From: an uncultured Flavobacteriaceae bacterium | Lineage (GTDB): Bacteria > Bacteroidota > Bacteroidia > Flavobacteriales > Flavobacteriaceae | Direction of reading: 5' to 3' | Length of the DNA stretch: 46,549 nucleotides | Assembly (NCBI GenBank): GCA_913020685.1 | Contig: CAJWAY010000001.1 | Location: 1-46,549 of the forward strand | Shown here: positions 27,949 to 36,654 of the stretch, in pieces | Numbering within the stretch: the first letter of the stretch is position 1 | Layout of the letters: each line of letters starts with the position of its first letter | Program-made: the position numbers and the translations under genes | Notes under the pieces: generated by a model | Told to the model about the DNA's origin: nothing | Databases searched by the model: none | Seen by the model: the letters and a program-made list of their open reading frames with translations, nothing else

Positions 27949-29328
27949 TTATTCAAGACCTAATTGATCTGTGAGAAATACCAATGCAGCCATTGTTGCA
28001 GCACCCATCTCCAATTCTCTCTTGTTAATTTGGTCAAAAGTATCCATCTCTGAATGATGATGAATGAAATATCTATGTGGGTCAGTTTTCAAACCTGCCA
28101 GAACTTTTGCATTACTTTTAAGTAAACTTACATCTGCACCACTTCCATTATCTCCAAAAAAATGAATGAAATAAGGACTAAAATAGGATTTCCAAGACAA
28201 AATTTTATTCAAGTATTTGTCTTTAGTGTCAAAATTAAATCCCATAGGGCTAAAGCCACCAGTATCCGACTCAAGTGCTAAAAGGTGTTGCTCTTTATCT
28301 TTTTTAACCATTTGACTGTATACCTTGGCACCATTCAATCCATTTTCTTCATTGGCAAACAATACCAAGCGAATGGTGTTTTTAGGACGAAAATTAATAG
28401 AGTTCATTAGTCTCAAGACTTCCATAGACTGAACGACCCCTGCCCCATCATCATGAGCTCCATCACCTAAATCCCATGAATCTAAATGGGCACCAACCAA
28501 AATGATTTTCTCAGGTGATACCTCCCCTTTAATCTGTGCAATCACATTATAAGACCTTACCTCTGGATAATTCTTGCAATTTTGCTTGATAAAAAAACGT
28601 AATTTGGGATTCAGAGAAATCATTGAACTTAGTAACTCTGCACCATTAGTGCTGATCGCTGCAGCGGGAATTCTTTTATTTATGGGCAAATTACCATAAC
28701 TCATTACTCCTGTGTGAGGGTAGTCATCCAATCTTAAATTTAAGGAGCGAACAATAACAGCCAAAGCACCAAATTTGGCAGCTTCGGCTGCACCAACGTA
28801 TCTTTGATCTACGGCACCACTGTAGGCTTCAAATGTATTGATTAAATCTGCTTCCATTGGACGATTAAAAAAAACAATCTTACCCTCAATTTTATCTTTA
28901 CCCAATAAAGCAAGATCTTCAATTTGTTTGACTTCAACCACATTGGCACGAATTCCTGCAGAAGGTGTTGCAATGGAGCCTCCTAAGGCACAAATGCTGA
29001 CGTTTATTGTATTCCCTGGGCTAGATTCTATATTAGCGTACTCAAAAGTCCCTCTTACCCACTTGGGAACCATAACTGTTTGCAACCATACGGAATCCAA
29101 TTGCAATGCATCAAGTTCATCTTTAGCCCATTTAATGGCCCGTTCAGCATTCAACGAACCTGACAATCGGCCCCCAATTTGATTGGTGAGATGATTTAAC
29201 CAATCATAACTTTTTCCTTGTGTCAGTACCTGGCGATATATATCCTTAATTTGGCTATTTATTACTTCATCATTTTGAGCTTGAACAGAAAGACCGCTGC
29301 ATAATAATAATAGCAATAATTTTTTCAT
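27949..29328 (-). CDS. secreted M28 family metallopeptidase
   Basis: Zn ligand blocks HLDSWDLGDGAHDDGAG and ANEENGLNG. The ORF-track start (29334) is TTG, so I used the ATG at 29328 (MKKLLLLLLCSGLSVQAQ signal peptide). Confidence 0.85.
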   Translation of the reverse strand: MKKLLLLLLCSGLSVQAQNDEVINSQIKDIYRQVLTQGKSYDWLNHLTNQIGGRLSGSLNAERAIKWAKDELDALQLDSVWLQTVMVPKWVRGTFEYANIESSPGNTINVSICALGGSIATPSAGIRANVVEVKQIEDLALLGKDKIEGKIVFFNRPMEADLINTFEAYSGAVDQRYVGAAEAAKFGALAVIVRSLNLRLDDYPHTGVMSYGNLPINKRIPAAAISTNGAELLSSMISLNPKLRFFIKQNCKNYPEVRSYNVIAQIKGEVSPEKIILVGAHLDSWDLGDGAHDDGAGVVQSMEVLRLMNSINFRPKNTIRLVLFANEENGLNGAKVYSQMVKKDKEQHLLALESDTGGFSPMGFNFDTKDKYLNKILSWKSYFSPYFIHFFGDNGSGADVSLLKSNAKVLAGLKTDPHRYFIHHHSEMDTFDQINKRELEMGAATMAALVFLTDQLGLE

Positions 29329-29334
29329 AATCAA

Positions 29335-30507
29335 TTAAAGTTTAGATTTAGCAGCAAATTGTTGGATATCGTCTACAGTGACAGGGTTTGATCCCAAGAT
29401 CATAAGTCTTTCAACAACATTTTTAAGCTCGCGAATATTACCAGTCCATGGATAATTCATCAATTGTGTAATTGCTCCTTCAGAAAAGGTTTTTCGGTCC
29501 ATACCCTGTTCGTTCATAAGACTATTTGTGAAGTAATCCACCAATATTGGAATGTCAACTTTTCTATCTTTCAGAGAAGGAACTTTAATAAGGATAACAG
29601 CTAAACGGTGATAGAGATCCTCTCGAAATTTTCCCTTATGAATTTCATTATTCAAATCTTTATTGGTGGCAGCGATAACACGAACATTTACCTTTATGTC
29701 TTTTTCTCCTCCAACTCTTTGAATTTTATTTTCTTGAAGTGCTCTCAAAACTTTGGCTTGAGCTGCAAGGCTCATATCTGCTACTTCATCCAAAAATATT
29801 GTACCTCCATTGGCAATTTCAAACTTTCCTGGACGATCTTTAACTGCAGATGTGAAAGATCCTTTTACATGACCAAAGAGTTCACTTTCAATCAAATCGG
29901 CAGGAATGGCAGCACAATTCACTTCAACAAAAGGAGCTCCAGTTCGATTACTTTTTTGATGTAGGTGATGAGCTACAAGTTCTTTACCAGTGCCATTTTC
30001 ACCTGTAATCAATACCCTAGCCTCTGTTGGGGCTACCTTTTCGATCAAATTGTGAATCTCATTGATCTGGGGTGAATCACCAACCATCTCATACCTTTTG
30101 GCAATTCGTTTTTTTAGATTCTTATTCTCTAAAACCAAATTCTTTATTTGCAAAGCATTCCTAACAGCTGTAAGTAACCGATTCAAGTCCGGTGGTTTGG
30201 ATATAAAATCATAAGCTCCTGACTTCATAGCTTCGACCGCAGTGGAGACATTTCCATGACCAGTCAACATAATGAATGGGACATTAATACCATTTTCCCT
30301 GGCTTTTTGTAAAACCTCTACACCATCCATTTTAGGCATTTTAATATCACAAAGCACTAAGTCGAAATCCTCCTTAGAAAGTGTGGTTAGTCCTAATTTA
30401 CCATCCTCACATTGTGTGATTTCATAGTCTTTGCTTTCTTCTTCTAAAATTCGGATTAGTACTCTTCTAATGGGCTCTTCATCCTCAATCAATAATATTT
30501 TTTTCAT
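29335..30507 (-). CDS. sigma-54-dependent response regulator (REC + AAA+), no DNA-binding domain
   Basis: Receiver domain (IEDEE, LVLCDIKMP, ISKP). AAA+ core with Walker A GENGTGKE, Walker B FLDEV, sigma-54 contact loop GSFTSA and WTGNIRELKNVVERL. The protein ends about 20 aa later, with no HTH. Confidence 0.85.
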   Translation of the reverse strand: MKKILLIEDEEPIRRVLIRILEEESKDYEITQCEDGKLGLTTLSKEDFDLVLCDIKMPKMDGVEVLQKARENGINVPFIMLTGHGNVSTAVEAMKSGAYDFISKPPDLNRLLTAVRNALQIKNLVLENKNLKKRIAKRYEMVGDSPQINEIHNLIEKVAPTEARVLITGENGTGKELVAHHLHQKSNRTGAPFVEVNCAAIPADLIESELFGHVKGSFTSAVKDRPGKFEIANGGTIFLDEVADMSLAAQAKVLRALQENKIQRVGGEKDIKVNVRVIAATNKDLNNEIHKGKFREDLYHRLAVILIKVPSLKDRKVDIPILVDYFTNSLMNEQGMDRKTFSEGAITQLMNYPWTGNIRELKNVVERLMILGSNPVTVDDIQQFAAKSKL

Positions 30508-31343
30508 TCGGTTTCCAAAGTATTATTTTTAAGTATAACTACCCTTTGTGGAAATGGTATTTCGATATTAGATGCCTTTAGTTTTTCAAAAATCTTAAAT
30601 CTGAGATCACTTTTAACGAGATTGGCCTCAAAGCTTTTATTCATAGAAAAGAAAAGTTGGAACACCAATGCACTGTCTCCAAAATCGTCAAAAAGTAGAA
30701 ATGGTTCTGGTTTAGCCAAAACCTTGGGGTGGTCATTAGTAATCTGTATTACTATATCCTTTAACAATTGAATATCAGTATTGTAGGCCACTCCAAAATG
30801 GATTGACTCTTTAGTCAATGTCCCATTTTCAGTCCAATTATAAAGAATTGAAGTCAAGAATTTATGATTGGGAATTATCAGTACTTTATTGTCTCTAGTC
30901 ACTGCTCTAGTGGTTCTTAACATAATATTTTCGACTCTTCCCACCTGACCATCTAATTGTATTACGTCTCCTACATGAACTGTTTGGTCCGCCAATATAG
31001 AGATCCCCGAAAAAACATCTTGTATTAAAGTTTGTAAGGCTAAGCTCACCCCCACCAATAGTACTGCAGATGCCGCAAAAATTGTGCTTACTTTTACCCC
31101 AACATTGTCTAAGGTAATTAAAATTACAATCAGGTAAACCAGATAATTGAAAAAAGTTAAAATCCCCCTAAACTTTAGTTTAGTGTCATTGTTCAGGGTT
31201 TTAAATACAATACGTCGAAATACCTTGAGGAATAAATAAGTAAGTACAAAAACACCAATAATGATTAACATAGATTTCGGCGATAGTATGATATCACTAC
31301 CCATCTTTATGTCATAGTTAAAGAAATCTGTTATTTTTTGCAT
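30504..31343 (-). CDS. small-conductance mechanosensitive channel (MscS family)
   Basis: 279 aa. Three N-terminal TM helices, then an MscS beta-domain block (GDVIQLDGQVGRVENIMLRTTRAVTRDNKVLIIPN). Its stop overlaps the ATG of the downstream regulator (ATGA). Confidence 0.8.
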   Translation of the reverse strand: MQKITDFFNYDIKMGSDIILSPKSMLIIIGVFVLTYLFLKVFRRIVFKTLNNDTKLKFRGILTFFNYLVYLIVILITLDNVGVKVSTIFAASAVLLVGVSLALQTLIQDVFSGISILADQTVHVGDVIQLDGQVGRVENIMLRTTRAVTRDNKVLIIPNHKFLTSILYNWTENGTLTKESIHFGVAYNTDIQLLKDIVIQITNDHPKVLAKPEPFLLFDDFGDSALVFQLFFSMNKSFEANLVKSDLRFKIFEKLKASNIEIPFPQRVVILKNNTLETE

Positions 31344-31365
31344 GAAATTAAATCAATACTAATAT

Positions 31366-31485
31366 AACACTAAAACAAAACCCACCCTTATTTCTAAGGA
31401 TGGGAAAAAATTGCTATGAAAAAGAAATAACACTATAAAATTTAGTGTTGTTCAAATATAAATATTTTTTCTTAGATTTAGTGTT
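31366..31485. repeat. four-copy nested inverted-repeat array (AACACTAAA / TTTAGTGTT)
   Basis: AACACTAAAA at 31366-31375, AACACTATAAAA at 31429-31440, TTTAGTGTT at 31441-31449 and TTTAGTGTT at 31477-31485. I did not see this 9-mer elsewhere in the window by eye. Confidence 0.7.
31372..31404 (-). terminator. candidate terminator after dnaJ
   Basis: Minus strand reads CCCATCCTTA-GAAA-TAAGGGTGGG (10-bp stem with one mismatch) followed by TTTTGTTTT. Confidence 0.5.
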
Positions 31486-32600
31486 TATGCGAACATGTCC
31501 TTAACCTTTTCAAAAAATGATTTATCAGATTTGTCCGGATTAGGGGTGAAATTATCGTCTTCAATCATTTTTTGAAAAAATTGCTTTTGTTCTTTATTTA
31601 AAGTTTTTGGGGTCCAAACATTGACATGAACCAAAAGATCTCCCTTTCCGTATCCATTCAAGTCGGGTAATCCTTTACCTCTCAACCTTAATGTTTTCCC
31701 AGACTGTATACCAGACTCAAGTTTAATCCTGACTTTTCCTTCCAATAAATTAATTTCTCTAGATACACCTAAAGCGGCCTCAGCTATGCTTATGTATAGG
31801 TCAAAATGTAAGTGATTTCCCTCTCGGACAAAATTGTCATCCGTACTTTCCTCAATTAAAACTAACAAATCTCCAGATATACCGTTACCAACAGCCTCAT
31901 TGCCTTTTCCAGTCACTTTCAATTGCATACCTTCTTCTACCCCTGCAGGAATTTTTATGGATACCGCTTCTTCTTGTTCAACCATGCCATTGGCATCGCT
32001 TCCAGCAGGCCGATTTGATATAATTTGCCCACTTCCATTACATTTGGGACAAGTAGATGCACTTTGCATTCTTCCGAGGATTGTATTAGTAACTCTCATT
32101 ACTTGCCCTTTTCCTTCACAAGTTCTACAAGTATCATAACTCACTCCTGCAGCTTGAACTTTTCTTCTAACTTTAATTTTCTTTTCCACACCATGGGCAA
32201 CCTCTTTAATGCTCATCTGTACTCTGATTCTGAGGTTCCCTCCCTTTGATTTGTAATGTGATTGGCCGAAACCACTAAAGCCACCACCACCGAAAGCGCT
32301 ACCAAAAATATCTCCAAATTGACTGAAAATATCTTCCATATTCATACCTCCTCCTCCAAAACCACCTGACTCAAAAGCAGAATGCCCAAACTGGTCGTAC
32401 TGCGATTTCTTCTGAGGATCACTCAAGACCTCATAAGCCTCTGCTGCCTTTTTGAAATTAGCTTCAGCTTCTTTATCACCAGGGTTTTTATCTGGGTGAA
32501 ATTCTATAGCTTTCTTGCGATAAGCCTTTTTAATTTCATTAGCTGACGCACCTTTTGATAGGCCCAAAATATTATAAAAGTCTTCTTTCATATGGCTCAT
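31485..32600 (-). CDS. dnaJ: molecular chaperone DnaJ
   Basis: J domain with HPDKNP, a G/F-rich linker, CxxCxGxG zinc-finger repeats ([16 protein letters not shown]) and a C-terminal substrate-binding domain. The ATG at 32600 overlaps the grpE stop (ATGA); the ATG at 32591 ([10 protein letters not shown]) is an alternative. Confidence 0.95.
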   Translation of the reverse strand: MSHMKEDFYNILGLSKGASANEIKKAYRKKAIEFHPDKNPGDKEAEANFKKAAEAYEVLSDPQKKSQYDQFGHSAFESGGFGGGGMNMEDIFSQFGDIFGSAFGGGGFSGFGQSHYKSKGGNLRIRVQMSIKEVAHGVEKKIKVRRKVQAAGVSYDTCRTCEGKGQVMRVTNTILGRMQSASTCPKCNGSGQIISNRPAGSDANGMVEQEEAVSIKIPAGVEEGMQLKVTGKGNEAVGNGISGDLLVLIEESTDDNFVREGNHLHFDLYISIAEAALGVSREINLLEGKVRIKLESGIQSGKTLRLRGKGLPDLNGYGKGDLLVHVNVWTPKTLNKEQKQFFQKMIEDDNFTPNPDKSDKSFFEKVKDMFA

Positions 32601-33121
32601 TGTCCTACGACGACCTTGGGGAATCTTATTATTTTATCTCCAAGTTGATATCCTTTTTCAGTCACGTCTATTATTTTACCTTTTTGATCATCATCTGAGG
32701 GAATGAGTGTGATCGCTTCGTGTATTTCTGCATCAAACGTATCTCCTATGTTTGTTACTGCAACATTCAATCCATTTATTCTTAAAACATCTATCAATTT
32801 GTTGTTGATTAAAACGAAACCCTCAATGGACTTTCTTTCCTCCTCAGGGGTTTGATTGATGGCCCGTTCCATATCATCTAAAATTGGCAATATGGCACTA
32901 ATAACCTCTTGACCGGCAGTTTTAAAAAGTTCTATGCGCTCTTTAGCAGTTCTTTTCTTAAAATTTTCAAACTCTGCAAACAAACGAAGATACTTATCCT
33001 TCTCCTGTTCAAGGTTTCCATTCAATTCCTCAAGCTTTTCTGAAATGTCTGACTTAACGGATTTTTTCTTAGCAGTAGTTTTTTTTAATTTTTCCTTGGC
33101 TTTAGGTGGTTTATTTGCCAT
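32597..33121 (-). CDS. grpE: nucleotide exchange factor GrpE
   Basis: 174 aa. Coiled-coil block [14 protein letters not shown] and a C-terminal beta domain (G....V.Q.GY.L.DK.IR...V.V). Confidence 0.9.
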   Translation of the reverse strand: MANKPPKAKEKLKKTTAKKKSVKSDISEKLEELNGNLEQEKDKYLRLFAEFENFKKRTAKERIELFKTAGQEVISAILPILDDMERAINQTPEEERKSIEGFVLINNKLIDVLRINGLNVAVTNIGDTFDAEIHEAITLIPSDDDQKGKIIDVTEKGYQLGDKIIRFPKVVVGQ

Positions 33122-33171
33122 TTTCTTTTTATTGACAATTATTCAAAATTGCTGCCAAATATCTTTTTTTG

Positions 33172-34092
33172 TCAAATTGTCATTCTTTTTTTAAAGATAT
33201 CATCTAGTGCCTGATGTAAATATGGGAATTTGAATTTGAATCCTTTTGACAAAATGAGTTTAGCACTGACCCTTTGACTACCTAAAATCAAAAGAGAGCG
33301 TTCTCCCAAAAACAATTGCAAAAAAAAGGCAGGAATATTAGGCAAAAAAACTGGACGGTTCAAAGTCTTCCCAATTGCTTTTATCAAGTTTATTTGTGAA
33401 ATTGGATTTGGAGCAACAGCATTGAAAGTTCCCTCCCACCCATCATCAACTGCCTTAAAAAATAATCGTGACAAATCATCAATATGAATCCAACTTTGCC
33501 ACTGTTTTCCTGAAGCAAAAGCTGCTCCCAAAAAAAATTTTACCGGAGGAGTCAACTTAGACAGTAACCCTCCCTCTTTTGTCAAAACCAAACCGATTCT
33601 AAAAATTGATAAATTTATTGAGTTATTGGATAAAGCCTTTGATTCTTGCTCCCATGCATAAGTTATTTTTTGTAAAAAATTTAGTTGTGAAAGAGGACTA
33701 TTTTCATCATGAATGTCATCTATACTATCAGGGTAAATCCCTATGGCTCCTGCACAACAAATACTATTCATTTTTATTTTTAGTCGATCCAGGGTCTTTT
33801 TCAATAGACGAGTACCATTCAGCCTGCTCTCCAAAATATCTTTTTTGTTCTTGGCAGTCCAAGGTTTAGAAATATTTGCTCCGGCCAAATGAATTAGGAT
33901 ATCTACTCCTTCGAAACAACTATCATCAATCTCATCTTGTTCAGGATTCCAAAAAAAGCCTTTGATGCCATCAGAATTAATACATTCCCCTTTTCGAGTA
34001 GTTAAAAAATGAATGCTTATTCTACGTTGCTTAGCATGGGTAATTAAGTTTTTACCAATCAGTCCCGTAGCTCCGGTAACCAATAATTTCAT
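33172..34092 (-). CDS. TIGR01777/YfcH-type NAD-dependent epimerase family protein
   Basis: N-terminal Rossmann motif LVTGATGLIG, with an atypical-SDR body and a DUF1731-like C-terminus (GSQRVSAKLILSKGFKFKFP). Confidence 0.7.
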   Translation of the reverse strand: MKLLVTGATGLIGKNLITHAKQRRISIHFLTTRKGECINSDGIKGFFWNPEQDEIDDSCFEGVDILIHLAGANISKPWTAKNKKDILESRLNGTRLLKKTLDRLKIKMNSICCAGAIGIYPDSIDDIHDENSPLSQLNFLQKITYAWEQESKALSNNSINLSIFRIGLVLTKEGGLLSKLTPPVKFFLGAAFASGKQWQSWIHIDDLSRLFFKAVDDGWEGTFNAVAPNPISQINLIKAIGKTLNRPVFLPNIPAFFLQLFLGERSLLILGSQRVSAKLILSKGFKFKFPYLHQALDDIFKKRMTI

Positions 34093-34116
34093 TTGTGTGT
34101 TTTTTTCAAAAATAAA

Positions 34117-34791
34117 CTAAACCTTTTTTATGGCTCTCAACATTTCCTTTTTTCCAGGAGGTCCCTCTAATCGCTCAAGACAAAAACCTATTTTTTCCAG
34201 AATTCTTCTAACCGACCCTTTAGCACAGTAACTGACCCAAACTCCCCCTGGCGATAGTATGTCATGACATTTTTGAAGGGCAGCTTCATGCCACATCTCC
34301 GGTTGAGCGTGATAACCAAAAGCATCGTAATACAAAACATCAAATTGATTATCAAAATCCAGAGTTAAGAAATCTCCTTCAATTTTTTTAAATAAAAATT
34401 CCTTTTTAAGGAGACTCAGACCCCAATCGGCCTTGTGTAATTGATCAAAAAAATGCTTATGGTCTGAATCAGGTAATGCATCTTGCATGTCCAGAGACTT
34501 AACTTCTTTTAAGGATAACGGGTATTTTTCGACAGCAAAATACTCACAAGACATTTTGTAATCAACAACAAAAACATAGCTTAGGTAAGCATTCAATCCT
34601 GTACCTAATCCCATCTCAAAAATTTTTGGAGACATTTGTTTATTTTGATTTGACCAATAAGCTAACCCTTCATTTATATATACATAATCTGACTCTGTTA
34701 TAGCGCCATTTTTCGAATGATAAGTCTCATTTAATTGTTCCAAATATAATGACGGTGATCCGTCTTCTGTTATAATTTTTTTCTTTTTCAT
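34117..34791 (-). CDS. stand-alone MnmC-type tRNA (mnm5s2U34) methyltransferase domain protein (DUF752-like)
   Basis: TEDGSPSLY...ETYHS..GA..ES.YV, followed by the SAM motif IFEMGLGTGLNA and YYDAF. Confidence 0.6.
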   Translation of the reverse strand: MKKKKIITEDGSPSLYLEQLNETYHSKNGAITESDYVYINEGLAYWSNQNKQMSPKIFEMGLGTGLNAYLSYVFVVDYKMSCEYFAVEKYPLSLKEVKSLDMQDALPDSDHKHFFDQLHKADWGLSLLKKEFLFKKIEGDFLTLDFDNQFDVLYYDAFGYHAQPEMWHEAALQKCHDILSPGGVWVSYCAKGSVRRILEKIGFCLERLEGPPGKKEMLRAIKKV

Positions 34792-34929
34792 TGTTTAAAC
34801 CTACTAGATCAGTTTTGAAAAAATTATTGACTTACTATTTTAAAAATTATTTTTTAGAGAAATTAATAAAATTAAAAGTTTAGATTTTAAAAATACTTGG
34901 CATATAGAAAGTTTTAAAAGTAAAAAAAG

Positions 34930-34937
34930 TAATTTTG
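34930..34937 (+). promoter_or_regulatory. -7 box candidate for ilvE
   Basis: TAATTTTG lies 17 nt upstream of the ilvE ATG. The -33 region is only T-rich. Confidence 0.4.
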
Positions 34938-34954
34938 AAAATATTTTACATAGA

Positions 34955-36001
34955 ATGAAAATAGAGAAAGCTTCTGCTTCTAATTTGGAAAATGTGGATT
35001 TTGAAAATTTGACTTTTGGGTCTGTTTTTACCGATCACATGTTTGTATGTAAATACAAAGATGGAAAATGGCAGACACCTGAAGTCCTTCCCTACAAGTC
35101 CCTTTCTTTTGAACCATCAATGAGTGTACTTCATTATGGGCAAGCTGTTTTTGAAGGTATGAAGGCTTACAAAGACGATCATGGTAAAGTATGGCTTTTT
35201 AGACCCGATCAAAATTTTAAACGCATCAATCGTTCTGCTGAGAGGCTTCAAATTCCAACTTTCCCCGAAAACTTTTTTTTTAAAGGATTGAGATCATTAT
35301 TAGATTTAGACAAGGAATGGATAAAGCCTGGAATTGGAAATTCTCTCTATGTTCGTCCTTTTGTTTTTTCAAGTCAAGCTTGTGTTCAGGCTTCTCCATC
35401 ATTAGAATATACTTTTATAATCATTTGTTGTCCTGTAAAAGCCTATTATGGAGGTGAAGTGAATGTCTTAATTGCTGAGGAGTTTAGCAGAGCAGCTGAC
35501 GGAGGAATAGGATACACAAAAGCTGCAGGGAACTATGCCGCCCAATTTTATCCAACAGCATTGGCACAAAAAAAAGGGTATCAGCAGATTGTATGGACTG
35601 ATGCCAAATCCCATGAGTTCCTGGAAGAAGCAGGAACTATGAATATTTTTTTTAGAATTGATAACAAACTCTTAACTGCACCAACCAATGATCGAATACT
35701 TGACGGGGTTACACGAAAAAGTGTCATACAAATCGCCAGAGATTCTGGAATTGAGGTAGAAGTTCGTCCTATAAGAATTGATGAGATAGTAGATGCCTCT
35801 AGAAACAATTCTTTGAAAGAAATGTTTGGAAGCGGAACAGCTGTTGTAATCAATCCCATTAAAAGTTATGGATACAAAGGGGTAAACTACAAACTTCCAA
35901 AATTGGAAGACCCGGTTGCAAAACAACTAAAGGATAAAATAATGTCTATACAATATAATATTTCAGAGGACCCATATGGATGGCGTGTTGCTGTAGATTA
36001 A
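34955..36001 (+). CDS. ilvE: branched-chain amino acid aminotransferase (class IV)
   Basis: 348 aa. Blocks LHYGQAVFEGMKAY, RP..N..R...SA.RL.IP, IGYTKAAGNYA, E..GTMNIFF and GVTR.S. Confidence 0.9.
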   Translation: MKIEKASASNLENVDFENLTFGSVFTDHMFVCKYKDGKWQTPEVLPYKSLSFEPSMSVLHYGQAVFEGMKAYKDDHGKVWLFRPDQNFKRINRSAERLQIPTFPENFFFKGLRSLLDLDKEWIKPGIGNSLYVRPFVFSSQACVQASPSLEYTFIIICCPVKAYYGGEVNVLIAEEFSRAADGGIGYTKAAGNYAAQFYPTALAQKKGYQQIVWTDAKSHEFLEEAGTMNIFFRIDNKLLTAPTNDRILDGVTRKSVIQIARDSGIEVEVRPIRIDEIVDASRNNSLKEMFGSGTAVVINPIKSYGYKGVNYKLPKLEDPVAKQLKDKIMSIQYNISEDPYGWRVAVD

Positions 36002-36390
36002 TCTTTATATAATATAGATTTAATGTCTGGTTTAAAGTAATTTGGGCCTTTGAGCACCTTACCGTCTTCACGATAAATAGGTTTGCCGTCGTCACCCAAC
36101 TTACTCATATTACTTCTTTGAATTTCATTAAAAACTTCTGTGATTTTGTGTTGCATGCCATGAGAGAGTATAGTTCCACACAAGATATACAGCATGTCTC
36201 CTAGAGCATCAGCAACTTCAACAAGGTCATTTTTTTGAGCTGCATCAATATATTCTTCGTTTTCTTCTTTCATTAGGTTGTACCTTAAAAGTATAGTTTG
36301 CCCTGGAATATTTGCAATTGGTGAATCAGCAGATTTTATACCAAAAGCATTGTGGAATTCAGCCACTGCATTTAATTCATTTTTAATCAT
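35998..36390 (-). CDS. MazG-like all-alpha nucleoside triphosphate pyrophosphohydrolase
   Basis: 130 aa. Carries the paired acidic motifs EENEEY and EVADALGD typical of the MazG/dimeric-dUTPase-like fold. Confidence 0.65.
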   Translation of the reverse strand: MIKNELNAVAEFHNAFGIKSADSPIANIPGQTILLRYNLMKEENEEYIDAAQKNDLVEVADALGDMLYILCGTILSHGMQHKITEVFNEIQRSNMSKLGDDGKPIYREDGKVLKGPNYFKPDIKSILYKD

Positions 36391-36400
36391 TTTATATTTG
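36371..36400 (+). promoter_or_regulatory. candidate promoter for the small-ORF-crcB unit
   Basis: TTTA (36371-36374) followed by a perfect TATATTTG (36393-36400), 21 nt upstream of the ATG at 36422. Confidence 0.45.
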
Positions 36401-36421
36401 ATGTGAAGTTAAAAGAGGTCA

Positions 36422-36646
36422 ATGTTTTTTTCTAATTTAGGGAAAAATATAAAAATGTTCAGTCAAGGACAACTCTTATTTGCTGTTATATTTGTAATTG
36501 GTTTCGTGACACTAATGGTATTCTCTTACAGAAAAGATTCCAAAAATCATAATCTGCATTACAGAGGAAGTATAAAAATATTTTTTGCATTTATACTCGT
36601 CATAGGAATCCTTTTTCTAATCAAGTTCTTTACACAGAGTTCATAA
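36422..36646 (+). CDS. small two-TM membrane protein, unknown function
   Basis: 74 aa with two hydrophobic helices (LLFAVIFVIGFVTLMVF and IFFAFILVIGILFLIKF). Ends 8 nt before crcB. No recognisable family. Confidence 0.5.
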   Translation: MFFSNLGKNIKMFSQGQLLFAVIFVIGFVTLMVFSYRKDSKNHNLHYRGSIKIFFAFILVIGILFLIKFFTQSS

Positions 36647-36654
36647 TTAAAAAA

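Noticed and set aside
28838-29964. Antisense ORFs 28838-29182 (114 aa) and 29608-29964 (118 aa) opposite the M28 peptidase and sigma-54 activator genes
   Set aside because: They lie entirely within well-supported genes on the other strand. They have no promoter boxes and their composition is typical of antisense frames.
33122-33171. CIRCE (HrcA operator) upstream of grpE
   Set aside because: There is no TTAGCACTC-N9-GAGTGCTAA-like sequence. Only the TTGACAA/TTGTCAA repeat reported in the findings is present.
34897-34915. Sigma-54-like TTGGCATATAGAAAGTTTT upstream of ilvE
   Set aside because: It has the TGGCA half only, with no TTGC-like -12 element at the correct spacing. A perfect TAATTTTG sigma-A box lies downstream at 34930-34937.
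36391-36654. Expected fluoride riboswitch upstream of crcB
   Set aside because: I searched by eye for the conserved riboswitch segments and found none. The space is occupied by a promoter box and a 74-aa ORF. This needs cmscan for certainty.
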